Part shown: piece after piece, positions 1 to 11,450 of the stretch
How the letters are laid out: each line of letters opens with the position of its first letter
How positions within the stretch are numbered: position 1 is the stretch's first letter
Assembly: GCA_964016885.1 (NCBI GenBank)
Contig: OZ024765.1
Coordinates: 10,292,001 to 10,356,000, forward strand
Direction of reading: 5' to 3'
Source of the DNA: Eledone cirrhosa
Taxonomy: Eukaryota
Length of the DNA stretch: 64,000 bases
The notes under the pieces: model-generated
The model's database searches: none
What the model was told of the DNA's origin: nothing
What the model saw: the letters and a program-made list of their open reading frames with translations, nothing else
Made by a program: the position numbers and the translations under genes

Positions 1-35
1 AGTGACTGTGTCTCGCTCGTATAGGACTGTATCTG

Positions 36-220
36 GCAGGTTTTCTACGGTTGGATTCCCTTCCTAGTGCCAACCCACATTTACAGAGTGGACTGGGAGC
101 CTTTTTACTGTGTTCCCTACACGACCACTTTACAGTGTGGACTGGGTGCTTTTTGTCGTGACACCTACACAACCTTATGTGAGGGCTGGTTGTTCTGTGG
201 TACCAACATAACTTTACAGA
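36..220 (-). mobile_element. SINE 3' fragment (cacccagtacactctgtaaagtgg...aagggcatccagccgtagaaa family)
   Basis: Reverse complement matches the 3' half of the SINE at 8609-8996. Confidence 0.65.
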
Positions 221-309
221 GAAAGGGTGGTGTGGGGGAATGTATATTGTGTTAAGAGCTGCCTACTGAGTATAGGTTTAAGTTCGTACGTAAGGAAAGG
301 TGTGTCTTC

Positions 310-790
310 TGTATTAATGCATAGCACCAAAGATATCGATCCAGTGACATTGTCTTAGAGAGGTGCAAGTGTGCAAGGTCAGATTTTATCACCCCATCCC
401 AGGTTTTTCTGGGTCTACCTACTCTGTAGCTTCCATCAATTTTGATGGTCCTGCACGTTTTTATAAAGCTGTCGTATCACATAACCACATAATCTCCTTT
501 CAAGTAAACTGCATCTGATCCCTTCTAATTTCAAATTTCTCACTTAGTTCGTGTATATTACTATTAACACATCCATGCTTCGTTCCTTTCCAATCTGTGC
601 AAATCCTTTGCACACAATGCCCAGGTCTCACTGCTATTCATATACAAGCATGATACAATCTGCCTTTCATGGGCAACAGCGGTATAAGCTCTCTGAACTT
701 TTTCCATCTCGTTCTAACTCTGGCTACAGTACTTTCAGAAAAAACCTTCTCTCCTGCTGATTTTATCACCCAGCTAACAGAAAGTTTCTA
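310..790 (-). mobile_element. Decayed RTE-clade LINE, RT C-terminal region
   Basis: Broken minus-strand translation gives LGDKIS..ESTVARVRTRWK.FRELIPLL..KGRLY.AC..SETWAL..DLHRLERNEASM and GRPRKTWD, motifs typical of RTE ORF ends. Many frameshifts. Confidence 0.7.
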
Positions 791-1089
791 TTATTTCTAT
801 AGAACCATTTGGGCAGTAGGAGCTAGTATCCAGTGGGCACTTGCTACTTACTGCACCTGAGCATCGGCCACATATAAAAATCTACATTTTTAGATAGTTT
901 ACCTGTGATCCCGCTACATCTTTTATGTACCCAGTTTGCATTTAGGGCCTAGAATGGAACTTCTACCTACTCATTTTCTACATTATGAGCATTGCCATTT
1001 CCCAGAGGGCTCCTGTGCCAAATTTTCCTTTCTCCATACTAGAACTTTAAGTCTTAGACAAGTTAACTCTAAAGCCTCTTGATTCTAGG

Positions 1090-1349
1090 CCATGCTTCCA
1101 TGTTTGGAATTTCTTCTCTAGTTCAGCCATGAGATGTCAACATGAATGGACATGTTATTTTTATCTGAAGACATTTTTTCCAATTCCAACCCGCCCGTCC
1201 CCTCAATCTATCTTATTTCTCATTCTTTATTCTGATAAAGGACTAGCGTCTGAAACGTTAAGACCTTCTTCTTGCTATATCAATCGTTAACCTAATATAT
1301 CCCTTCCATATACTGTACCGATTGTGTTGTTATTTCTGTTTACCTTTTA
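1090..1349 (+). mobile_element. Possible Penelope-like element 3' remnant with degenerate hammerhead motif
   Basis: CTGATAA-aggac-tagc-gtct-GAAACGTTA at 1232-1260, preceded by a frameshifted QHE..VIF.LKTF.P-like stretch recalling the GIY-YIG C-terminus, and abutting a (TA)n tract. Confidence 0.4.
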
Positions 1350-1354
1350 CATAC

Positions 1355-1385
<31 letters not shown>

Positions 1386-1750
1386 TATATATATATACAC
1401 ATATATATATATATACACATATATATATATATATATACACATATATATATATATATATACACACATATATATATATATATACACACATATATATATATAT
1501 ATACACACATATATATATATATATACACACATATATATATATATATACACACATATATATATATATATACACATATATATATATATATATACACATATAT
1601 ATATATATATACACATATATATATATATATACACATATATATATATATATACACATATATATATATATATATATATACATATATATACATATATATATAT
1701 ACATATATATATACATATATATATATACATATATACATACATATATATAC

Positions 1751-1784
<34 letters not shown>

Positions 1785-1880
1785 ATACATATATATAGAT
1801 ATATATAGATACATACATACATATATATAGATATATACATATATATATATACATATATATACATACATGCATATATATAT
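1350..1880. repeat. Compound (TA)n/(CA) microsatellite, ~530 bp
   Basis: Directly visible. Confidence 0.97.
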
Positions 1881-2182
1881 AGAGTGTTATGGTGCTGACC
1901 CTGTATGGCAAAACATTGTATTCTGTCCAGGTGTTGTTTCGTTATGAAAGGGTGTGGGGGTTGTGCATTTTAACTTACCTTTCCAGTTATTATATATTTT
2001 CCACACTTTTCGTAGACTATATGTATTTCACTCTAGTGGTTCTCTACCCCTCGTAATTCAAAACAGACTCTTTTATGTGTCCTCTATATATTATATAATG
2101 AAGAGCTCGGTAATTATACCTTGAGATCATTAAATTACAGGGGATTAACGAGTCTTTAACGCCATTTTTTCATTTGATATAT

Positions 2183-2366
2183 ATCATCATTTTACGTCTG
2201 CTTTTCCCTGCTTGCAAGGGTGGTACGGGAACTGATTCTGGCTTGATTTCTACAGCTGGATGCCCTTCCTAACACCAACCTCATTTACAGTGAGTGCTGG
2301 GTGCTTTTTTGAGCTCAACCTTTCGATTGCAAGGCCAATGCTCTAACCACTAAGCCATGTGCCTCC
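2183..2366 (-). mobile_element. Internally deleted copy of the CORE-type SINE seen at 8609-8996
   Basis: Head (ggaggcacatggcttagtggttagagc) and tail (aagcagacgtaaaatgatgat) both present in reverse complement, flanked by TA repeats. Confidence 0.8.
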
Positions 2367-2938
2367 ATATATATATATACACACACTAAGTATTTCTGTG
2401 GGAAAGGTAAAGGAAAGAAGAGTGCTCTATGTACAGTACAGAGCTATTTAATTATATAATAAACAATACAATATAATATAATTATTCCATTACACAAGGT
2501 TTCATGGAGTCTGACGATTCTAACAGAAACGTCTGAATTCGTTCACCAGATAGATATCTTTATTTGGATACCAAATTGGGCAATGGAATAATTATATTGT
2601 ATTGTTTATTACTTTTTGTAGAGAGAGAGAGAGAAAGAGAGAGATAAAAGAGTGTGTGGTAAGACACCAAGTGGACCATAACTCACCTGTTTGGATCTAG
2701 TAGTCGAAACGGCCGGAGCTCTGCCATCGAGGTCCTGATTCTTTTCTTATATATATATATATATAGGAAAATGTTCAAGACCCCAATGGTAGAGCTCAAA
2801 CCGTTTCGATGGCTATTTCTGGAAATGAGCTCTGCTGTCGGGGTCTTGAACACTTTCCTATTACCCACTCTACTACTCAAAGTATTGAGTACTCTGGTGC
2901 GTTATGGTCCACCTGGTTCCCTACAACACTTCCTTTGT

Positions 2939-3004
<66 letters not shown>

Positions 3005-3429
3005 CACACGCACACGCACACACATAATACAGTATATTCAGAAGAAACACACACACATATATGAGGTTGCATTTAAATATAAAACAGCCTTGTTACTTTC
3101 TTTTATCTTAAATTGTGTCGCACCTTTTGCATTGACACAATTTTTGAATTACATACCTTCTTATATATATCGACAGTTGGTCAATAAGATCCCAGACCAC
3201 ATTCATTTAACAAGTGGGGGTGGAAATAAAATCACAAACACACGATTGCGAATCCAATTCTCTAACCACTCAGCCACGTGCCTTCACTTTATTGTTTATT
3301 TAAATATTCACTTCTTTAAAATTTTCAAATGTCAACACTTCCGGTTATACGACATTCCTCTCTTTTTAGATAGATACGTAACGATAACATAAATGGAACC
3401 GGGTGGGCCAGCTAGTATATATATATAAA

Positions 3430-3650
3430 AGGAACGATCGACTTTCATCAAATCGGACCGAGGGAAGAATGTTTCCGTTGGTCTTTCCAATTGCTAATAC
3501 TATCTATCGGTCGCAGCTCCAGGGAGAAGGAGCAACGTGAAATAAAGTGTCTTGCTCAAAGACATAACGCATCGCCTGGTCCAGGAATCGAACTCACAAC
3601 CTTACGATTGCGAATCCAATTCTCTAACCACTCAACCACACGCCTTCACA
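3430..3650 (-). mobile_element. tRNA-derived CORE-type SINE, second subfamily (other copies ~25632-25830 +, ~43310-43540 -, ~60855-61065 -)
   Basis: Minus strand has A-box-like tggttgagtggttaga, B-box gagttcgattcc and CORE-like gtctttgagcaagacactttatttcacgttgctcc. Confidence 0.8.
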
Positions 3651-3676
3651 CATATATATATATATATATATATAAA

Positions 3677-3863
3677 ATAATTGTTTCTACTTTAGGCACA
3701 AGGCCAGCAAGTACCGTGCATTACTGGTACTTTATTTTATCGACTCCGTAAGGATGAAAGGCAAAGTTAACCTCGGCAGAATTTGAACACAGATCATAAA
3801 GGGACGTAACTCCATGCTTCAAAGCATGGTGTCCGACTCTCTACTGATACTGCTGATCCACCG
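3677..3863 (-). mobile_element. MetaSINE-type SINE
   Basis: Meta-domain-like gcctttcatcctt..gtcgataaaataaagtaccag and tail gtgcctaaagtagaaacaattat in reverse complement. Confidence 0.8.
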
Positions 3864-3894
3864 AATAACCAAAGAAGTTAGTTCAAATCATTTC

Positions 3895-4283
3895 GTCGGA
3901 CGCCATGCTAGGGCGGTGGATTGGCAGTATCGGTAGAGGGTCGGACGCCATGCTAGGGCGGTGGATTGGCAGTATCGGTAGAGGATCGGACGCCATGCTA
4001 GGGCGGTGGATTGGCAGTATCGGTAGAGGGTCGGACGCCATGCTAGGGCGGTGGATTGGCAGTATCGGTAGAGGGTCGGACGCCATGCTAGGGCAGTGGA
4101 TTGGCAGTATCGGTAGAGGGTCGGACGCCATGCTTTGCAGCACAGTTACGTCGCTTTGCAGACTGAGTTCAAATCCCGCCGAGGTTAACTTTGCCTTTCA
4201 TCCTTATGGGGTCGATAAGATAAAGTACCAGTAATACACTGGGATAATTGCTGGCCTTGTGCCAAAAGTAGAAACAATTATTA
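3895..4283 (+). mobile_element. MetaSINE-type SINE whose 45-bp head is tandemly amplified 5 times
   Basis: 5 x gtcggacgccatgctagggcggtggattggcagtatcggtagagg (period 45), then B-box gagttcaaatccc, Meta domain and tail. Confidence 0.85.
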
Positions 4284-4454
4284 ATCAGTATTGGTAGAAC
4301 AGACACCATGCATGGCAACATCAATAACAAAAAGAAGCAACAAGCTTTTCAGAAGAAAAATGTCAAATTTTATTTTATTTTATTCAAAAAAAAAAAAAGC
4401 ACAAAACATACATTTTTTTTCTGTAATTATGTGATTTGAAAAATTGGGAGGGGG

Positions 4455-5040
4455 TGTCATGTCAGAGTGCAGGTGGTGTTGTAATGTAACAGTGTATGTA
4501 ACTCTGTGTGATGGGACGTGACCTGGTGTAGCAGGGAGAGTGAGTGTGGCGTGTCGGTGTTATGTAACGTAGAATGGAGTATGGCGTTGGTGTGTGTAGT
4601 GGTGAGGTTATGTAATGTAACATACTGCTGTGTATGTAACAATGTAATGTAACATGGTGCGACGTGTTGTAATATAGAGTAGAATGGAGTAGAGTACGGT
4701 GGTGGTGTGTCGTGGTGTGGTGTTATGCAACACTAATGTAACGTGTCGTAATATAGAGTGGGTGTGTGTGTTGTTATGTAACATGATAGTGATGACTTCA
4801 ATACTAAAATACATTAAATTAAAGATCAGGTCCACTGTCCTCCCAGCATCCATGTTGGCGTCTGGTCTGGTCAATCCGAAATCAGTAGATCCAGCCACAG
4901 ACACCGCAGAGGAAATGCCTTGGTTTTGCTTTGTAACATAATGTAATGAAATGGGATTGGGTGAGGCGGGTGGTGTATCATAATTTAACGTGGTACATTG
5001 TAATGTAATCTAGTGGAACATGACATGGTGTAACGTGGAA
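4455..5040. repeat. Degenerate pentanucleotide-type simple repeat (TGTAA/GTGTG) interrupted by a unique GC-richer island at ~4825-4920
   Basis: Visible low-complexity periodicity. Confidence 0.6.
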
Positions 5041-5964
5041 CCAGGTGGAGTGGGGCACAGGAAAATAAGAGAGATAGAGCGTAAGTGAATGTGTGAGAGG
5101 AACGAAGAGTAATGGTCATTTGTCATCTCCTCCATGAGGTTTGAGATCAACTCTCACCACTTCCATCCACGTCTTCCTTGGTGTTCCTCTACCGCAGATT
5201 CCCTCCACTGGGGTTTCTTTGCACTTCTTCAACCAACAATCATCATCATCATCCATGTGCAGTCTCCTCTCCTGCACACCACTTCTGATAACGTGTATGT
5301 GGTCCTAGGAAGGGCATCCAGCTGTAAAATACCCAGCTAAATTTACAGCTCTCATTGTGCCAGGTACGGTATGGCCAACACTGGTCAGACTTGACTCCCA
5401 TTTCATGCGGTCCATCTTCTCTGTAGGGTGTTTCTCATCAAACCATCATTTCTGCATTAAAAAAAAAAAAAAAAAAAAAAAGAGAGAGACAAAATTAAAC
5501 TGTTTCCATTTTGTGGTTTAACCATTTCGATGCAAACATATGAAACCACATATAGTTCTACAAAACAACACTTCATTTTAAAGTGCGTGTGTGTGTGTAT
5601 ATAGGTATGTATATGTGTGTGTGTGACAGATCACACCTTTGCAGGTTTAGCTGGCCTCCTCCAAGGTATATCTCGTTGGAGGTCTCTTGGGTAATTTAAT
5701 GATAGGGACCCCAGTCCTATCATCTCATTTCTACAGCTGAGTAAACTGGAGCAATGTGAAATAAAGTGTCTTGCTCAAGGAAATAACACATCATCCGGTC
5801 CGAGAATTGAACTCACAACCTTTCGATTGCAAGGCCATATATATATATAAAAAAAATTGTAAATAATATTCCATACACGACCAGGTATGGCCACCACTAT
5901 ATATTATTTGCCCACATATCTGAGGAAGAGTCAGTTTGAAAGTGCCTTCTCCAATATGCAGTGC

Positions 5965-6319
5965 TACTGCCGGTACCACAATAAAATACACCCTGTCCAC
6001 TCTGTAAAGTGGTAGTGCTGGTGCCACAATAAAATACACCCTGTCCACACTGTAAAGGGGTGGTGCTGGTGCCACAATAAAATACACCCTGTCCACACTG
6101 TAAAGGGGTAGTGCTGGTGCCACAATAAAATACACCCTGTCCACACTGTAAAGTGGTAGTGCTGGTGCCACAATAAAATACACCCTGTCCACACTGTAAA
6201 GTGGTAGTGCTGGTGCCACAATAAAATACACCCTGTCCACACTGTAAAGTGGTAGTGCTGGTGCCACAATAAAATACACTCTGTCCACACTGTAAAGTGG
6301 TAGTGCTGGTGCCACAATA
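5965..6319 (+). repeat. 48-bp minisatellite, ~7 copies, SINE-derived
   Basis: Unit gtgccacaataaaatacaccctgtccacactgtaaagtggtagtgctg, homologous to 8801-8850 of the SINE. Confidence 0.95.
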
Positions 6320-7652
6320 ATAGAGATATAAAATATATTTTAAGAGAATATTACCTTTGTTTTATTGTTAATAAAACAAATATTGCAAATAATGTCCAAA
6401 ATTTTCTGTGGACCACCAGTTAGCGATCGCTGATGTAGATGACATAATTTCAAGACAACACGGAACATTAAGAGAAATTAAGAATAAAATTACATAATTA
6501 CCTGATTAGATGACAATCCACCACAAAGAGGAACAGCCCGCAGTATCAGGAATGATACTTCTTATAGCAATAAAGGAAAGTAGCTGATCAGTAGATTTAG
6601 ATCAAACCATGAAAACCTAGGTTTCCATTGGTTTTTCCATTGCTGAGTCCAGCATATAAAAAAATCACCATATTTTTTTTTTGTTTGTTGGTTTATTCAG
6701 CTAACCAAAATCATCTAGTGGAGGAAAAAAAATATTATCAAAACCAAACCATTAACTAGAGTCAGAGTGTTTTGAATAGAAATATTATGAAGTTTAATAC
6801 AATACAAAATAATTTTTAAAAGACGTTGTCAAAGACAGCATATTATATTGTATATACACAAACAGCTTTTAAAAAATTTTGAACTAAATCCTGAATATGA
6901 ATTTTTCTAAAAAGATATTACATATTACATAATATATATATATTTATATTTATATATATATATATATATTCTATAAGAAATCCAATATAATTAATATTTC
7001 AATATTATATTTTAGTGAAGACAAGCGATATATTAAAAGGGTTTTTATATTTTCATGATCCTCATATTTCCATTATAGATATCATAAAAAGAGAAATAAA
7101 TGAATGTAACCCTAAAGTTTTTCCAACAAAATCTTAAACTGGGGGTTAAGATATTTGGAGAGAAAATTACCAATAATATCTAATATCATCAGCAGAAATT
7201 TTATAAGATCAACAAAATGATGATGATGATGATGATGATAGCGATATTTCCAATGGATTTCCCAAAAAAAATTTAAAGGAATTTGTTGGTAAAGAGACAC
7301 TGAAATAAATACAAAGGTTGTTTTGAACAGAAGGGATCAATACCAAGGTGGACCAGGGAAATATGTGTCAATGATGATAATAATAATAATATGCATTGTA
7401 GCATATCAGGTTATAGAGGAGGGTCTGTTTTACTCTTTTATTTTCACAGATGTGGAACAAAACAGTAGTGTTATAAAGATGGTGAATTCCGGAACAAAAC
7501 CTCCAACTTATGTTAATGTATTATTTACATTTTATATTCCAGATTATCTGCCACAAAACCCCAGTATTATTGGTGTCAAAATGTAAAAAATTTATTTAGC
7601 AAGTTGTATAGGAAATCCCATATCTGATAAGGTCTAAAGTTTTCTTTATATA

Positions 7653-7708
<56 letters not shown>

Positions 7709-7860
7709 CACGTATTGCACCTAGAAAAATATAAACAATAGTGTGAAAGGAGATTAGGAATTTATTTGCTTTTTAACATGTTTCTGTATCTACCATAATC
7801 GTCTACATATGCTGATTACAATATATATTGTTCAATCATATGCAATACTTAATTATTTAT

Positions 7861-7892
<32 letters not shown>

Positions 7893-8107
7893 GTTATACT
7901 TTGGGAGGGTCATGTTGCCAATAAGAAACATTCGCACCAGTTGCTTTAACTCCAATTTATTATAAATTATATTTATAAATTTAAGAAATTTATAAATTTC
8001 CGGTTATAAATTTCTTAAATTTATAAATTTAAATTTATAATAAATTGGAGTGAAAGCAACTGGTGCATGTGTTTCTTATTGGCAACATGACCCTCCGAAA
8101 GTATAAC
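7893..8107. repeat. 215-bp near-perfect palindrome (fold-back)
   Basis: Arm gttatactttgggagggtcatgttgccaataagaaaca..gcaccagttgcttt.actccaatttattataaatt is mirrored at 8005-8107 with a ~10-nt loop. Confidence 0.92.
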
Positions 8108-8608
8108 AATATCGGTTTCAACACACGTTTTCAGATAAAGAATCTTGCTAGACAAATTCAGAAACGAAATTATATATATATATATATAGATATATATATA
8201 TATAAAGAAATTCGTTTTCAAATATAAAAACTGGAAAGATGTAGGCGAAAAAGTTATATCAGCTCAAAATACGATTAATTTAATAAACTGTACACACGGC
8301 TACATATAATATTCTTTCTTTAATTATATGAATTCCTATTGTGTTAGATGTATGTATGGAAAACCAAAAGCTTTCGGGTAGGGATTCAAGCCAATCATTA
8401 TTCTACATATATTTCAGGAACAAGAAGCAAAATAACCTATATCAGCAATAATCATAACAACACTGAACTCTCTAGCATCTTGTATAGCCACAACTAAATG
8501 GATATCTCCACTGAAAAAATCTTTATAAGTATAAACGATATTTATTTTATATGTAGTGATTAAACCTAACATTAGCTTTTATATATATATATATAGATAT
8601 ACACACAT

Positions 8609-8996
8609 GGAGGCACATGGCTTAGTCGTTAGAGCATTGGCCTTGCAATCGAAAGGTTGTCCGTTCAATTCTCAGACCGGGTAATGTGTTGTTTCCTTGA
8701 GCAAGACACTTTATTTCACATTGCTCCAGTTTACTCAGCTGTAGAAATGAGACGATAGGGACTGGGGTCCATATCATTCCACTGTAGAGTGGTCGTGGAG
8801 GTGCCACGGCAAAAAAGCACCCAGCCCACACTGTAAAGTGGACGTGTAGGCGCCACAGAAAAAAAGCACCCAGCACTCACTGTAAATGAGGTTGGTGTTA
8901 GGAAGGGCATCCAGCTGTAGAAATCAAGCCAGAATATCAGTTCCCGTCCCACCCTTGCAAGCAGGGAAAAGCGGACGTAAAATGAAATGATGATGA
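8609..8996 (+). mobile_element. Full-length tRNA-derived CORE-type SINE
   Basis: tRNA-like head (tggcttagtcgttaga, gttcaattct), CORE-like ccttgagcaagacactttatttcacattgctccag, and (ATG)n tail. Highly similar inverted copy at 49216-49572. Confidence 0.88.
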
Positions 8997-9164
8997 CACA
9001 CACACACTATCTATATATATATATCTATATATACTGTATAAAATACATGGCAAACTGGTGTATACCTTCTTGGGAAGATATACACCAGAATATTAACCTA
9101 TATGATTACATACTGAGGGCTTTAGTGATTACAACTATAAATCCAAGCAGTGTGTGTGTGTATA

Positions 9165-9205
<41 letters not shown>

Positions 9206-9612
9206 GAGAGGGTTGAGAAACAAACAATGAGAAGAATGAGAATTAATTGGTTCCTCCCACCCACTCCCCATGTTTTATCATTTCCCTATAGTTCTTGTTA
9301 ACAAATATATTTAAATTAAAAGTGGTTGATGATAAGGAGGGCATCCAGCCGTAGAAAACTTGCTAAACACACCCAGTACACTCTGTAAAGTGGCTGGTAT
9401 TAGAAAGGGTATCCAGCCATAGAAAATGTGTTGAACAAAGGGTTGGAAGGACTCTAGTTGTGTTAAAGACATAACAACGTAGCTAGTGTTGGTGACTTAC
9501 GCAATAAACACACCCAGTACACTCTGTAAAGTGGTTGGTATTAGGAAGGGCAGCTAGCCGAAGAAAATTCGCTAAACAAAGAATCAAAACAAAGCTTGAG
9601 CTAACCTCCCTT

Positions 9613-9890
9613 GTGTTGGAAATCTACATGATAAATACACCCAGTACACTCTGTAAAGTGACTGATGATAGGAAAGACATCTTAGTGTTGGAGATTTACA
9701 TGATAAATACACCCAGTACACTCTGTAAAGTGGCTGGTGATAGGAAGGACATCTTAGTGTTGGAGATCTACATGATAAATACACCAAGTACACTCTGTAA
9801 AGTGGCTGGTGATAGGAAGGACATCCTAGTGTTGGAGATTTACATGATAAATACACCCAGTACACTCTGTAAAGTGATTGGTGATAGGAA
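9613..9890 (+). repeat. 72-bp tandem repeat x4 within a cluster of SINE-3'-derived fragments (9320-10045)
   Basis: Unit starts gtgttgga at 9613, 9685, 9757 and 9829. Confidence 0.92.
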
Positions 9891-10307
9891 GAGCAGCCAG
9901 TCAAAATAGACCTGCAAAACAAAGGGTTGGGAAGACTATTCAGCTAACCCCCCTGAAAAAAAACACCCAGTACACTCTGTAAATTGGGTGGTGATAGGCA
10001 GGGCAGCCAGCTAAAATAAATTTGCCAAACAAAAGAATTGGGAGGACCCTTCAGCCATGATAGACGGGTAGATATCTGGCTTGCGGCCAAGCCTATGTCA
10101 AGGTTTTCAACCAAGTGGAATGGAGATCTTATTGCCCAGTGCTTCATGGGAGAAGCTAAAGGAACTAAGGAAGGCATGTACACTAGATTTACCTGGAAAA
10201 AAGAAAACCTCACAATACCCAAACCCAAATTATATACCACACAGTTCCTTAACATCTTTTCCGTCTATATAGACTTTCTTTGTCAGTAGAGGAAAGGTAA
10301 CGAAGAA

Positions 10308-10518
10308 GATATCAGCCCCATTCACACACACACACCATATCATACATAATAATTGTTTCTACTTTTGGCACAAGGCCAGCAATTACCCAGATATCAGCCC
10401 CATTCACACACACACACCATATCATACATAATAATTGTTTCTACTTTTGGCACAAGGCCAGCAATTACCCAGATATCAGCCCCATTCACACACACACACC
10501 ATATAATACATAATAATA
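10308..10518. repeat. 82-bp tandem duplication (2.5 copies) containing a MetaSINE tail
   Basis: gatatcagccccattcacacac recurs at 10308, 10390 and 10472. Confidence 0.9.
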
Positions 10519-10629
10519 GTAACTGTAGAGTTACGTTAAGTTTCCTGCAGCAGTATGAAACCATTGTTAGCTTATGATGTATAACATTGTGTATATATTT
10601 GATAAATGTCTAACGCTTCCACGGGTTAT

Positions 10630-11450
10630 AAAGCAATAAAAAACACCCAGTCCACCCTGTAAAGTGATAGTACTAGTGCCACAATAAAATCACGCAATCC
10701 AGCCTGTAAATAGTACTTGGGCAACAATAAAAGCACCCAGTCCACCCTGTAACATAATAGGGGTAGAGCCATAATATAAAGCACCCACTGCACCCAGTAA
10801 AGTGACAGTACTAGATCCACAGTAAAAAGCACCCATCCACACTGTAAAGTAATATACTAGTGTCAATATAAGCACCCAGTACACTCTGTAAAGTAATATA
10901 CTAGAGATCAATATAAGCACCCAGTACACTGTAAAGTGATACACTAGTGTCAAAAGCAACCAGTCCACTCTGTAAAGTATTATACTAGTGTCAATAAAAG
11001 CACCCAGTACACCCTGTAAAGTGATATACTAGTGTTAATAAAAGCACCCAGTACACTGTAAAGTGATATACTAGTGTCAATAAAAGCACCCAGTCCACTC
11101 TGTAAAGTATTATACTAGTGTCAATATAAGCACCCAGTGCACTCTGTAAAGTAATATACTAGTGTCAATATAAGCACCCAGTACACTCTGTAAAGTGATA
11201 CACTAGTGTCAATAAAAGCACCCGGTACACTCTGTAAAGTGATATACTAGTGTCAATAAAAGCACCCAGTACACCCTGTAAAGTGATATACTAGTGTCAA
11301 TAAAAGCACCCAGTATACCCTGTAAAGTATAGTGCTAGTGTCAATAAAAGCACTCGGTACACTCTGTAAAGTGATATACTAGTGTCAATAAAAGCACCCA
11401 GTACACTCTGTAAAGTGATAGTGCTAGTGCCACAATAAAAGCACCCAGTA
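10630..11450 (+). repeat. ~44-bp minisatellite, ~18 copies, SINE-derived
   Basis: Unit ctagtgtcaataaaagcacccagtacactctgtaaagtgatata with small indels. Confidence 0.93.

Noticed and set aside
1322-1911. Overlapping IY/YT/VC-rich ORFs (also 12275-12638, 21069-21609, 38439-39541, 57561-59495 and others)
   Set aside because: Translations of TA/CA/TG microsatellites, which lack stop codons by construction.
3883-4234. Repetitive-peptide ORFs (also 5791-6317, 9535-9922, 19844-20335, 28970-31045)
   Set aside because: Arise from tandem DNA units of SINE or satellite origin; no splice or domain support.
8609-8680. tRNA-like sequence (also heads at 3911-4180 and 49500-49572)
   Set aside because: A/B boxes run straight into SINE bodies and no complete cloverleaf is evident.
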